Source of the DNA: Candidatus Aenigmatarchaeota archaeon
GTDB lineage: Archaea > Aenigmatarchaeota > Aenigmatarchaeia > CG10238-14 > SCSR01
DNA length: 64,000 bases
Assembly: GCA_038998335.1 (NCBI GenBank)
Contig: JAVZHQ010000001.1
Location: 288,001-352,000 of the forward strand
Direction: 5' to 3'
Shown here piece by piece: positions 30,084 to 38,336 of the stretch. Both the position numbers and the translations under genes were made by a program. Numbering within the stretch: the stretch's first letter is position 1; every line of letters starts with the position of its first letter. The notes under the pieces are model-generated. The model ran no database searches and was not told where the DNA came from. It saw nothing but the letters and a program-made list of their open reading frames with translations.

Positions 30084-30102
30084 AGCTTAAAAATTTTTCT
30101 AG

Positions 30103-30118
30103 TGTTAGACGTCTAACA
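30103..30118. repeat. Palindrome copy 4, TGTTAGACGTCTAACA
   Basis: Perfect; supplies the TAA stop of ORF 30105-30452. Confidence 0.95.
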
Positions 30119-30452
30119 TAAAAAATAAAAAAAGAAGGGAGGTTAAGGAAAGTTTTTGTAAGATTTCAACAATTTTAGCAGGTTCGTGAATGCCTCTGAG
30201 AACTATTTCCTTTTGGTTGATGCTACCACTAGTGTTGAGAGCTTTTTGAAGTTCTTTTAAAGCTCTCTTTCTCCACGCTTCACTTTTTGTTATTTCTCCG
30301 CTGACTATTGTACAACCATTAGATGTTTTTTGAATCTTTACTTCGCATATTTTCTTTTCCTTCTCATCTTTAAGAGGACAAGAGCAATCTTTCTTAAGAT
30401 CTTTTGGCATACCACAAGCTTTACACGCCATTCTCCCATCCTCTCTATTCAA
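30105..30452 (-). CDS. Divergent SUI1/YciH-like paralog
   Basis: CKACGMPKDL..CSC, TIVSG, LQKALNTSGS, IVLRGIH align by eye with the canonical SUI1 at 17379. Confidence 0.7.
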   Translation of the reverse strand: MNREDGRMACKACGMPKDLKKDCSCPLKDEKEKKICEVKIQKTSNGCTIVSGEITKSEAWRKRALKELQKALNTSGSINQKEIVLRGIHEPAKIVEILQKLSLTSLLFLFFMLDV

Positions 30453-31004
30453 TCAGATTTTTCTCATAACTTTTTTTGCAGTTTTTTTACCAGCATAGAA
30501 AAATCCTACTACTACTAATGCTGTTATTATCAGGCCTATTACAAGGAAGATTATTGCCTTAGAGCTATCTTTGCTATCTTCAACACTTTCTATTAATGAT
30601 TCGATTATTCCCATATCTTTGATACTTTCGAACGATCTTAGCCACACATTTATATCCCAAAGAAGAGCTAAGGTATTGTATATCGATACAAGTATACCTC
30701 TTAAAGACCTTGTACGTATTGCCTCTATCCATCCGTTGATAGTTATTACCACGCCAAGTAAAATTATCGGAAGCCCAACTATCACGTTTATAGGTAATAG
30801 GAACTGAGTGCTCAAGATGTTCAAAGCAATGCCCACAAGAATAAAAGTGTAGTAGAAGCCTACAAGCGCCAAAGCAAGGACAACTAAAGCTATTGCTTTT
30901 TCACCTTTCCCTTTTGAAATACCCCAAAGAAGCCCTGAAGCGTATGCATTCCAGCAGGAGACGAAGAAATTCCAAGCTATGATTAGCCACAAGAGCAAAT
31001 CCAT
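30453..31004 (-). CDS. Multi-pass membrane protein (about 183 aa)
   Basis: 5 hydrophobic segments; start moved to ATG 31004 behind a GGAGG SD. Confidence 0.75.
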   Translation of the reverse strand: MDLLLWLIIAWNFFVSCWNAYASGLLWGISKGKGEKAIALVVLALALVGFYYTFILVGIALNILSTQFLLPINVIVGLPIILLGVVITINGWIEAIRTRSLRGILVSIYNTLALLWDINVWLRSFESIKDMGIIESLIESVEDSKDSSKAIIFLVIGLIITALVVVGFFYAGKKTAKKVMRKI

Positions 31005-31121
31005 TTCTCTTTTTCCTCCACTCCTTTTTTCCTTCCCTTTTCTGGAGTTTTGCCGCTCCAGGCCTAGGGAAGAGAGGCCCTCTGGTTTTACCTTCATCGA
31101 CGGAAAAAAAGAAGGGGGGGA
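31005..31121 (-). ncRNA. Putative structured leader RNA with pseudoknot potential
   Basis: After a C7/U-rich tract: hairpins GGCCU/AGGCC and UGGAG/CUCCA; loop CUUCCCU complementary to downstream AGGGAAG; then SD and ATG. Confidence 0.5.
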
Positions 31122-34100
31122 TTAAGCGATATTTATGGCTAGTATTTGCATCGTTAAGTCTGGTAGAAGAGCAGCAACGTATAATGTTTTAGTCGTTTCT
31201 TTTGTTTGGTACCAAAGGTATACTTTATCAATGTTGTTTGGTACACACACCTCTTGGACAAACCTCTGAATTACAGGCTTTACTTCGTCCCATGCTTGTG
31301 TTATCTTGAAGTCTATAGTAGCGAAGTATTCTGCAATCATTGGGTTTACTACACTTGGGGTTTTGATTGTAAGACCAAAGCTAATAAGCTCCTCTTTAAC
31401 TTTTTCTATCCTTTCTTCCTCGCCTTTAAGAAGACCTTTTGTTATGGCAATGTAAGCCTTTGAGGCTGCTGTCAGCACTTCTTCAGAGCTTGGGTTTGGG
31501 CTTAGAAGATAATAGCCAATTTTCCCAGTTGTTCCATCGATTGCTACTACCATAGTAACTTTCATCACTGTCGGAGTTATAGTATAGTAAGGAATAAAGA
31601 ATACCGGCTTCTCGTCGATTAGGTAGAGAATAAGGTTTCCTTCTTCCCATTGTTGCCCTTGTTGTTTTCTTGTTGTTAAAATATATTGAATCTCTGAGTT
31701 TGTGTTTACCGAATCTAGAAGTAATTGAATTGCCAAAGCATTTTTTATTGGCACAAAGAATTTTTCACCATTTCCTAGAAATATGTAAACTCCCGCTACC
31801 TGCCTTGCGCTCCATTGACCTGGCTCTGGTTTTTGTTTATAGAGTTCTACTATTCTTATTCCAGCGTATGTGAGTTTTCCTTGGTAATATATTGGAATGT
31901 ATCTTATGTCGTCGAATTTTATGTTGAAGTAGTTCCAGTTTCTATCAACAGGAAAATCAAACATGTTCAAAGTTTTATACCAGCTGTCCCAATCGTTAGC
32001 ATCTATGTGATAAGTGTTGTACAGGTCGATTAGGTTGTATGCCAAGCTTTTTGGAAATCTTACTTGCTCTTTAAGCCATTGTGGGATTTGTTTATTCCAA
32101 GCAGGATAGAAAGATGCGAAGTACTTTGTTATGTAATTTTCATCCCAATTTCCGTACCTAAATCCTTTTACTGTACCATCATGAGAATTTATTAAGACTA
32201 TAGCAAAAAGTCTTCTGAAATTCCCACTAGTTTTTACCAAGTATCCTGAAGTATCTGTATAGCCGCTATTAATTTTTTTGTTGATGTAGATAGCAAAACA
32301 GTAGTAAATGTTCCCTTCAGGGTCTACCACTAGATAAGGTATGGGCTTTCCGGTAGAAGGTTCTTTTTCTACTTCAAGTCCTTCGATCAGCAATGAATTT
32401 ATTCTTTCTACAACATCTCTTTTGAAAAGTACTGAAATTTCTTTTCCGTATTGTCCTGAAGCGAAGGCAAACTCACCTCTCCAGAAGAAGTACCACCATC
32501 TTTCAGTAGCGCCCCATACCACTGTATCTTTATCGCTCAATATATAGTCAGGAACTCCATCGTATGAAGCTGGCCCTTTATAGCTTGGAAGACTTGCCTC
32601 CTTCCACTTGCCTATGTTTAGATAAACTTCGTTTTGTTCTCTGAATAGACCACCAATTCCGTAGTACATAGAAAGAGTCGACATGTTAACTTGTGGAAAA
32701 ATTTTATCAAAGTCTACTATTTCTCCACTTGCTGCATCTACAGCAATTATCGATTGCGATCGAACGTAAATGTATCTTTTGCCTTCTACAACATCTGAAG
32801 CTTCTGGTAGTACTGGCGACGTTGGGCAAACCCAATACTCATGATTGTTTGCCCAAACAATCATAGGGCCATAGTAATACTTGTCTCCTTCTTGTTCTAC
32901 TGCCAGTTTCATCCAAGGCTGGCCAACTTTTATACCATAGGCATAAATCATTTGTTTGAGAGCAGCTGTATAGCTTATTATTCTTACATCTTTGAGTATG
33001 CTTTCCTCGAACTCTGGTGAAGTTTTTATAGCTTCAGATGATAAAGTTTGAATGTTTGACAAATCGTTAGTCCATTTAATATAGGCTATATGGGGTTGAA
33101 TTCTGTAAGGAAATTCAAAGATATTTTTAGAAGCGCTGTAATTTTGCTGAACATGATAGTTCCACCATGCTATTAATGTAGGAGCCCATAAAATTATAAT
33201 GATAAGGACTAAAGTAATAAGTACTGTACCAAGTGCGTGCTCTTCAAAGAATTTTGCTATGTAGGCTTCTGAATAGTGTAACGCTATTCCTAAAAATGCT
33301 AAAACAATAACTAACACTAGCCTCCATTGAACGTATATGGGAACTGTTATGTCACCGACAGTTGAAGGTACCATTAGAATACAGAAGTAGAAACTCCACG
33401 CAAAGCCTGAAATTAGGATATACTTAAACACTCTGATCATTTTTCTTTCTAATTCACCTTCTTCCCAACCCCATCTTCCTTTGTGCTCTGTTAAGGTCAC
33501 GTAAGAAGTTATTGGAACTTTGATGGTATAGTAGATAAGCAAAGGTAAAAGAATTAGGCTTAATAACTCTAGAAAGTCAAAGACTATTGTGTTTTCTAGT
33601 AGATAATTTGCTGTTGGTAGGCCTCCGAAGATATAGTAGTTTATCGATGGTAAGTAAACTCTTTGAATAAAATCTATCCAGTTCATTCCGTTCATTTGTA
33701 GGTATGAGTCAACAAGAAGCCATTGTCTAGCGATAGCATGACCTATGAATAATGCAACTATGAATCCTAAGAAAGCTCTTAGCAAAGCTAGGATTAAGCC
33801 TACTAAAGCTCTTTTAGCAAGGCTAGTCTCGTTAATATCTACGTCGAATAATCTAAACACAAGCTTCATAGTTGCTCTTTTTCTCCAGAAGAAAGGATTG
33901 CTTAAGAACCAGATCAAAGGTATTACCCAAAGAACTTGCCAGTAGTAGCCTTTTTCAAAGGTTATGTCCCAGATGTTTACTCCTGCTTTGTGAAGCATCC
34001 ACCATCCGTTAAACTTCATTTGGAATAGCCAGTTTGCATAGGATAGTTGCGAAATTATGAAGATTATTATTGCTAAGAACATTATTGTTATTGTTAGTCG

Positions 34101-34160
34101 TTTATGCTCTTTGAAGAACTCTTTTATTTGCTTTCCGTAGCCAATTCTTTCTTCTTCCAT
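31122..34160 (-). CDS. UPF0182 family membrane protein
   Basis: N-terminal multi-TM region then large soluble domain with PYLVVD, INSHDGTV, VRFPKSL...NTYH, FFIPYY motifs. Confidence 0.75.
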   Translation of the reverse strand: MEEERIGYGKQIKEFFKEHKRLTITIMFLAIIIFIISQLSYANWLFQMKFNGWWMLHKAGVNIWDITFEKGYYWQVLWVIPLIWFLSNPFFWRKRATMKLVFRLFDVDINETSLAKRALVGLILALLRAFLGFIVALFIGHAIARQWLLVDSYLQMNGMNWIDFIQRVYLPSINYYIFGGLPTANYLLENTIVFDFLELLSLILLPLLIYYTIKVPITSYVTLTEHKGRWGWEEGELERKMIRVFKYILISGFAWSFYFCILMVPSTVGDITVPIYVQWRLVLVIVLAFLGIALHYSEAYIAKFFEEHALGTVLITLVLIIIILWAPTLIAWWNYHVQQNYSASKNIFEFPYRIQPHIAYIKWTNDLSNIQTLSSEAIKTSPEFEESILKDVRIISYTAALKQMIYAYGIKVGQPWMKLAVEQEGDKYYYGPMIVWANNHEYWVCPTSPVLPEASDVVEGKRYIYVRSQSIIAVDAASGEIVDFDKIFPQVNMSTLSMYYGIGGLFREQNEVYLNIGKWKEASLPSYKGPASYDGVPDYILSDKDTVVWGATERWWYFFWRGEFAFASGQYGKEISVLFKRDVVERINSLLIEGLEVEKEPSTGKPIPYLVVDPEGNIYYCFAIYINKKINSGYTDTSGYLVKTSGNFRRLFAIVLINSHDGTVKGFRYGNWDENYITKYFASFYPAWNKQIPQWLKEQVRFPKSLAYNLIDLYNTYHIDANDWDSWYKTLNMFDFPVDRNWNYFNIKFDDIRYIPIYYQGKLTYAGIRIVELYKQKPEPGQWSARQVAGVYIFLGNGEKFFVPIKNALAIQLLLDSVNTNSEIQYILTTRKQQGQQWEEGNLILYLIDEKPVFFIPYYTITPTVMKVTMVVAIDGTTGKIGYYLLSPNPSSEEVLTAASKAYIAITKGLLKGEEERIEKVKEELISFGLTIKTPSVVNPMIAEYFATIDFKITQAWDEVKPVIQRFVQEVCVPNNIDKVYLWYQTKETTKTLYVAALLPDLTMQILAINIA

Positions 34161-34258
34161 TTTTCTTTCCTCCTTTTTCTTGCCCCACCCACGGCTGGAT
34201 TTTGGGGTACGTGGGGCTTGGCCCCAGGCTTAAAAGCCCTCCAGCCCACAGAAAAAAA
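34160..34258 (-). repeat. 99-bp GC-rich direct repeat copy A (structured leader plus SD)
   Basis: Identical to 39195-39293. Confidence 0.95.
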
Positions 34259-34265
34259 GGGAATT

Positions 34266-34538
34266 TTAAAGAGAGAAAGCCCAAAAAAAGGCTATAGTCC
34301 ATGCTATTATCACTGCTATGAAAGGAACCCTCTTGTCTTTGTAAACCATTGAATATGAGTAAATTCCTAAGGCTGCAAAGAAGCCAAAGAGTAGAAGTAT
34401 GTAATAGCTGAATACTACAGGAAACGTTTGTTGAAATTCTTGGATTCTTAGGTTAAGTCCGATTATTAGCAAGAAAGCGCACCATCCTGCCAAAAACAAA
34501 GCTGCAAAGCAAAGACTTACTATTTTACTCTTTTCCAT
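34266..34538 (-). CDS. Small 3-TM membrane protein
   Basis: Hydrophobic 90 aa; GGAGGTGA SD upstream. Confidence 0.75.
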   Translation of the reverse strand: MEKSKIVSLCFAALFLAGWCAFLLIIGLNLRIQEFQQTFPVVFSYYILLLFGFFAALGIYSYSMVYKDKRVPFIAVIIAWTIAFFWAFSL

Positions 34539-34559
34539 TTAGCTTCTCACCTCCTTTTT

Positions 34560-34706
34560 AATTTGATAACCTTGAAGAAAAACAAGAAAAGACATTCAAT
34601 TCTTAACAAAAGACAACTCAAGAAAAAAATTTTCTTTTTGATTAGAAAAAACTCTACCAAAATTTTTCTTCAATTTTTGCTTTTTTCCTTCAAGTTTTAT
34701 CAAGTT
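34560..34706. repeat. Imperfect inverted repeat of about 30 bp in an intergenic leader
   Basis: AATTTGATAACCTTGAAGAAAAACAAG (34560-) versus reverse complement of 34674-34706 AACTTGATAAAACTTGAAGGAAAAAAGC. Confidence 0.6.
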
Positions 34707-34808
34707 AGTTGCTCTAAAGGTAAACCAAGTTTTTTCGTTTAATAAATCTTATAATTATAAACTTCGAAAGCCTTATAAGTTTTTTTCTCAAAAAATGAAA
34801 CACTTGTT

Positions 34809-36878
34809 TCACCTTTCTGGAATAAACTCAATTTTTTTCCAAGTTTCGCCTTTTTTAAAATCTTCTATGCTTGCAACGTAAAGGATTAAACCTATTCCTT
34901 TATGCTCAAAGCTATACTTTGCAGCTTGCTGTATTACACAAACTTTTATTTTTTCCGAAGAGCAAACAAAATAAATTTCTTTTCTGGAATTCTTTATTTT
35001 TTCATAAATCTTAGCCGGAACAGCTTCAGCTATCAAGCTAACTTCAAAGTTAAACTCATTTTTTTCTATTTCAATTTTTTCTTGAGTCCTTGAAACTATT
35101 CTATAGCCATTCAAAGTGAAAACGTTTTCCAAAAACTTTATTTCCTCTTCGCTAAACTCCTTTCTCTCATGCTTTGGCAAGGTATTGTTTCTTAAGATAA
35201 GAGCAAGCTCACCCTCATGTGTTAAGAAGTAGAATATGGCAGTTTGCTTGTAAACCTTTGCTTTTCTTGAACCGATAAAACCTATTTGGCTAAGCTTTTC
35301 TACAATTTCGTTAAAAACTCTGCAAGACATTTTTAACTTTTTATAAAGCTCAGAAGTGTAAGAACCTTCAAAACTAGCTAAAGCTTCTAAAACTTTCCAC
35401 TCGTTATAAGTAACTCTTAAAATCTTTTTCTCGATATCTTCTTTCTCAAGCTTAAGCGCAACCTCAAAATCCTTTCTTTCTCTTTCTTTAAATTTCAAAA
35501 TCCTTTCTTCCATTTCCTTTCTTAAAATTTCATCGCTTATAATTCCCCTTTCAACCAAAACTAAAGGAAACTTTATCAGGAAAGGATTTGGAAAATCAGA
35601 CTTTCTTATCAAAATAAAAGCATGTCCTACAGGAAGCCTTCTCAAGTAATCTATATCTTTTTCTTCTCTTAATCCTAACATATTAGCTGCATCTTGTACG
35701 TCTGAAGAATACTTTGTATCTAAGCCCAAATTCATGTAAATATGCGTAGAAGTGTTTCCCAAGGCAGGATAGCTCACTAAAGAAGGGTGCTGATCAACAT
35801 AAATCATTCCTATTCCTAACTCTCTAATTTCTCTGAATATCAAATCAGTTACAGCTTCTACCCCAAACTTCTTAGTTTTTTCTCTGTTCAAAACATGATG
35901 AGCTTCTTCAAGGATTATTACTCCCAAAAGCTTTTCTCTTTTGTTTGAAACAATAAGCCAATCTCTTATCCATTGCAAGATTATTTCTATGAAAAAAGTT
36001 TTGTCATCATTGCTTAAAGAATCGAGCTCAAGTATTGTTATTTTGCCTTTTTCAAAAAAGCTCGAAGGTAAAATTCCTTTTTCACAATCAAAGATTTCTC
36101 CTGTTTCTCTCAAGCATAAAGATTCTAAAGGCCTTTTTGCAGTTGCTATCCAGTTTTTCTCTCTTGGTGAAAGCTCAAAGCAAGAATATTTCTCAAGCCA
36201 ATCTTTTATATCTTTTATTCTTGGAGTTTCTGGCTCAAGCTTTTTGTAGAGCTCGTCCAAAGCTTTTAAGATTATGTGCCTTCCTCCTCCCAAAAGCCAG
36301 TAAGCATGGTCAAAAACTTCGGCAAACTCTTTTATCCACTGAGAAACCTGAACTCCTTGAGGAGGAACCAAAGGATTAAACCTGAAAGGAGCAATATCTC
36401 TTCCAACAGTATAAACTGTTATCCTTTCTTTAAGCTCAGTAGCAAGCAAATCTCTGTAGTTTCTTTTTGAAAAGTCAAAAATTAAAATTGGAATTTCCCT
36501 TTTTGCTAAGGATTTTACAAGAAAATGAACAATATTAGTTTTTCCTGAGCCTGAAGAACCAAAGATTCCTACATGCGTTAGCAAATCTTTCTCGTTTAAA
36601 AACAAAGGGTAAAGCTCTTTCTTTCCGTATAAAATGGTTCCGAGCTCAAAATCTCCTTTTGAAGCAATTTCTTTTGGAGGAGGCTCTAGCAAAGCTGAAC
36701 TTTTTAATTCATCATCAGAAAAAATGCTTGCTTTTATTCCGTCTATTATTTCAACTATTTTCTTTCTATATTCTTCATCTCCTAGAAAATAAGCTGCCTC
36801 GAGCCTTGCTGCTTTTTCTTTCCCCAAAAAAGGAATAAGCCTTTGAATCTCTTTTGTTATTTCTTCCATTTTATCCAC
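34809..36878 (-). CDS. HerA/VirB4-like (DUF87) ATPase with C-terminal winged helix
   Basis: Walker A GSSGSGKT, Walker B IILEEAHH, REIRELGIGMIYVDQHPS; FYFLTHEGE wHTH wing. Confidence 0.88.
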   Translation of the reverse strand: MDKMEEITKEIQRLIPFLGKEKAARLEAAYFLGDEEYRKKIVEIIDGIKASIFSDDELKSSALLEPPPKEIASKGDFELGTILYGKKELYPLFLNEKDLLTHVGIFGSSGSGKTNIVHFLVKSLAKREIPILIFDFSKRNYRDLLATELKERITVYTVGRDIAPFRFNPLVPPQGVQVSQWIKEFAEVFDHAYWLLGGGRHIILKALDELYKKLEPETPRIKDIKDWLEKYSCFELSPREKNWIATAKRPLESLCLRETGEIFDCEKGILPSSFFEKGKITILELDSLSNDDKTFFIEIILQWIRDWLIVSNKREKLLGVIILEEAHHVLNREKTKKFGVEAVTDLIFREIRELGIGMIYVDQHPSLVSYPALGNTSTHIYMNLGLDTKYSSDVQDAANMLGLREEKDIDYLRRLPVGHAFILIRKSDFPNPFLIKFPLVLVERGIISDEILRKEMEERILKFKERERKDFEVALKLEKEDIEKKILRVTYNEWKVLEALASFEGSYTSELYKKLKMSCRVFNEIVEKLSQIGFIGSRKAKVYKQTAIFYFLTHEGELALILRNNTLPKHERKEFSEEEIKFLENVFTLNGYRIVSRTQEKIEIEKNEFNFEVSLIAEAVPAKIYEKIKNSRKEIYFVCSSEKIKVCVIQQAAKYSFEHKGIGLILYVASIEDFKKGETWKKIEFIPER

Positions 36879-37467
36879 CTAAGTTTAAGTCTGAAAATAA
36901 GCTTGCTATCTTTGATTCTTCTTCGTATTGCTCTTCAAGCTCTTTTAGCTGCTTTCTTAAGGCTACTATGTCACGCCAGAAAAGAGTATTTTCCTTTCTC
37001 TTTTCCATTCTTAACAAAGTAACGTTAAGCTTAAACTCCCTTAGCTCTTCCCTGTTTGAAATTGTTGAAATTATTCTTTCCATTTCTGCTATGTCTGAAT
37101 CTATTTCTTTGTTAAACTTTACGTTCATCTCTTCTCTTTCTTTAATAATCTGCTTGATTTCTTCTATTCTTTCCTTCAAGAACCTCACTCTATCGAACAA
37201 ATTTCCAACAACTTTTGAACCAAAGAGCTCTAAAGGTTCAATTTCGGTTGATTGCATATCCTTAGCAAGCTTTTGAAGAATTGGCACGCTTATTTTCTGA
37301 ATTTTTGGCTTGATTACTTTAACTTCTTCTTGTTTGTACTTTGGAATTTTTGGCAAAGCTTGAGAAGAGCTATCTTCTTTTTTCTCCACATAATCTTCGC
37401 TGTCCTTGCTCTTGTAGCTTTTTATAACTCTTTTTATTTCTTTGTCATCCAATTCATAGTATTCCAT
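36871..37467 (-). CDS. Coiled-coil protein coupled to the HerA-like ATPase
   Basis: E/K/R-rich heptads; overlaps the ATPase start. Confidence 0.75.
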   Translation of the reverse strand: MEYYELDDKEIKRVIKSYKSKDSEDYVEKKEDSSSQALPKIPKYKQEEVKVIKPKIQKISVPILQKLAKDMQSTEIEPLELFGSKVVGNLFDRVRFLKERIEEIKQIIKEREEMNVKFNKEIDSDIAEMERIISTISNREELREFKLNVTLLRMEKRKENTLFWRDIVALRKQLKELEEQYEEESKIASLFSDLNLGG

Positions 37468-37643
37468 ATAATCACTTATTGGTAGTTAATGAAAATTAAA
37501 TTATTTAAATCTTTCGATGTTAAGACAACTAAAGACATTTTTCTCCACTTTTCAAAATTTTTCTCAATTCTTTAAGAAATTTGTCCAAAAAAATTGGTAC
37601 AAATGCGTCAAATTTAAAAACTTTTTTGTCATTATATTTTCAT

Positions 37644-38081
37644 ATGATAGACGAAAGAGATTTGTTTATATTAAATGAATTGAGAAAAAACGCAAGGCTT
37701 AGCTCTCGTGCCCTAGCAAAAAAAGTTGGCTTACCAATTTCTACCGTGCATAGAAGAATAAAAAGGATGGAAAAGGAAGGAATAATCAAAGGGTATTATG
37801 CAGCCATAGACTTTGAAAAGATAGGAAAACCTATAGAAGCATTAATATTGATAAACCTTGCAGAAGGAAGAGAATATATCCCTTTAGAACAAATAAAAAA
37901 AGAGCTTAAAGGAATAGGAGAAATAATGGAAATTCTTGTTCTTCAAGGGGGAAACATCGATCTAATAACAAAAGTGAGGCTTCCTAACCTTAAAAACCTT
38001 TCATCATTTTTGGAAAACATAAGAAAGCTTGAAGGAATAGAGGAAGTTTCTTGCTCCATAGTTGCTGAGGAATTGAGTTAA
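37644..38081 (+). CDS. Lrp/AsnC family transcriptional regulator
   Basis: IDERDLFILNELRKNAR...STVHRRIKRMEKEGIIKGY; start moved to ATG 37644. Confidence 0.93.
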   Translation: MIDERDLFILNELRKNARLSSRALAKKVGLPISTVHRRIKRMEKEGIIKGYYAAIDFEKIGKPIEALILINLAEGREYIPLEQIKKELKGIGEIMEILVLQGGNIDLITKVRLPNLKNLSSFLENIRKLEGIEEVSCSIVAEELS

Positions 38082-38090
38082 TTTTTTAGA

Positions 38091-38106
38091 TGTTAGACGT
38101 CTAACA
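38091..38106. repeat. Palindrome copy 5, (A)TGTTAGACGTCTAACA(T)
   Basis: Perfect 18-bp palindrome 38090-38107 between convergent genes. Confidence 0.95.
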
Positions 38107-38148
38107 TAAAACAAAAAAATGGGGAAGTGGAAAGGAAGTCAAAGAAAC

Positions 38149-38325
38149 TCATTGCCTTCTAAGCTTTGGTATAGCAAAAGCTAAGATTAGCCCTAGAAAG
38201 AAAATCAGCACAACGAAGATTGCTGTGCCAAGAATAGGACCTGCCATCAGAGCAAGGAAAACCGTCACTATTAAGTAAAGCACTGATAGCAAAGCCATTG
38301 TCACAATTTTTTCTTCCTTTGGCAT
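38149..38325 (-). CDS. Small 2-TM protein (58 aa), candidate immunity protein
   Basis: Start MPKEEK at 38325 behind a GGAGGAG SD overlapping the upstream stop. Confidence 0.65.
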   Translation of the reverse strand: MPKEEKIVTMALLSVLYLIVTVFLALMAGPILGTAIFVVLIFFLGLILAFAIPKLRRQ

Positions 38326-38336
38326 GTTAGCTCCTC

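Noticed and set aside
30068-30118. Mini CRISPR array next to the Cas2-like gene
   Set aside because: Units are 16-bp self-palindromes, only two are close, the 19-bp gap looks like a promoter, the other copies are 0.3-8 kb apart, and there is no cas1
31005-31121. Hammerhead or HDV-like ribozyme assignment
   Set aside because: No CUGANGA/GAAA core in the right context and no P3/L3 of HDV; left as unclassified structure
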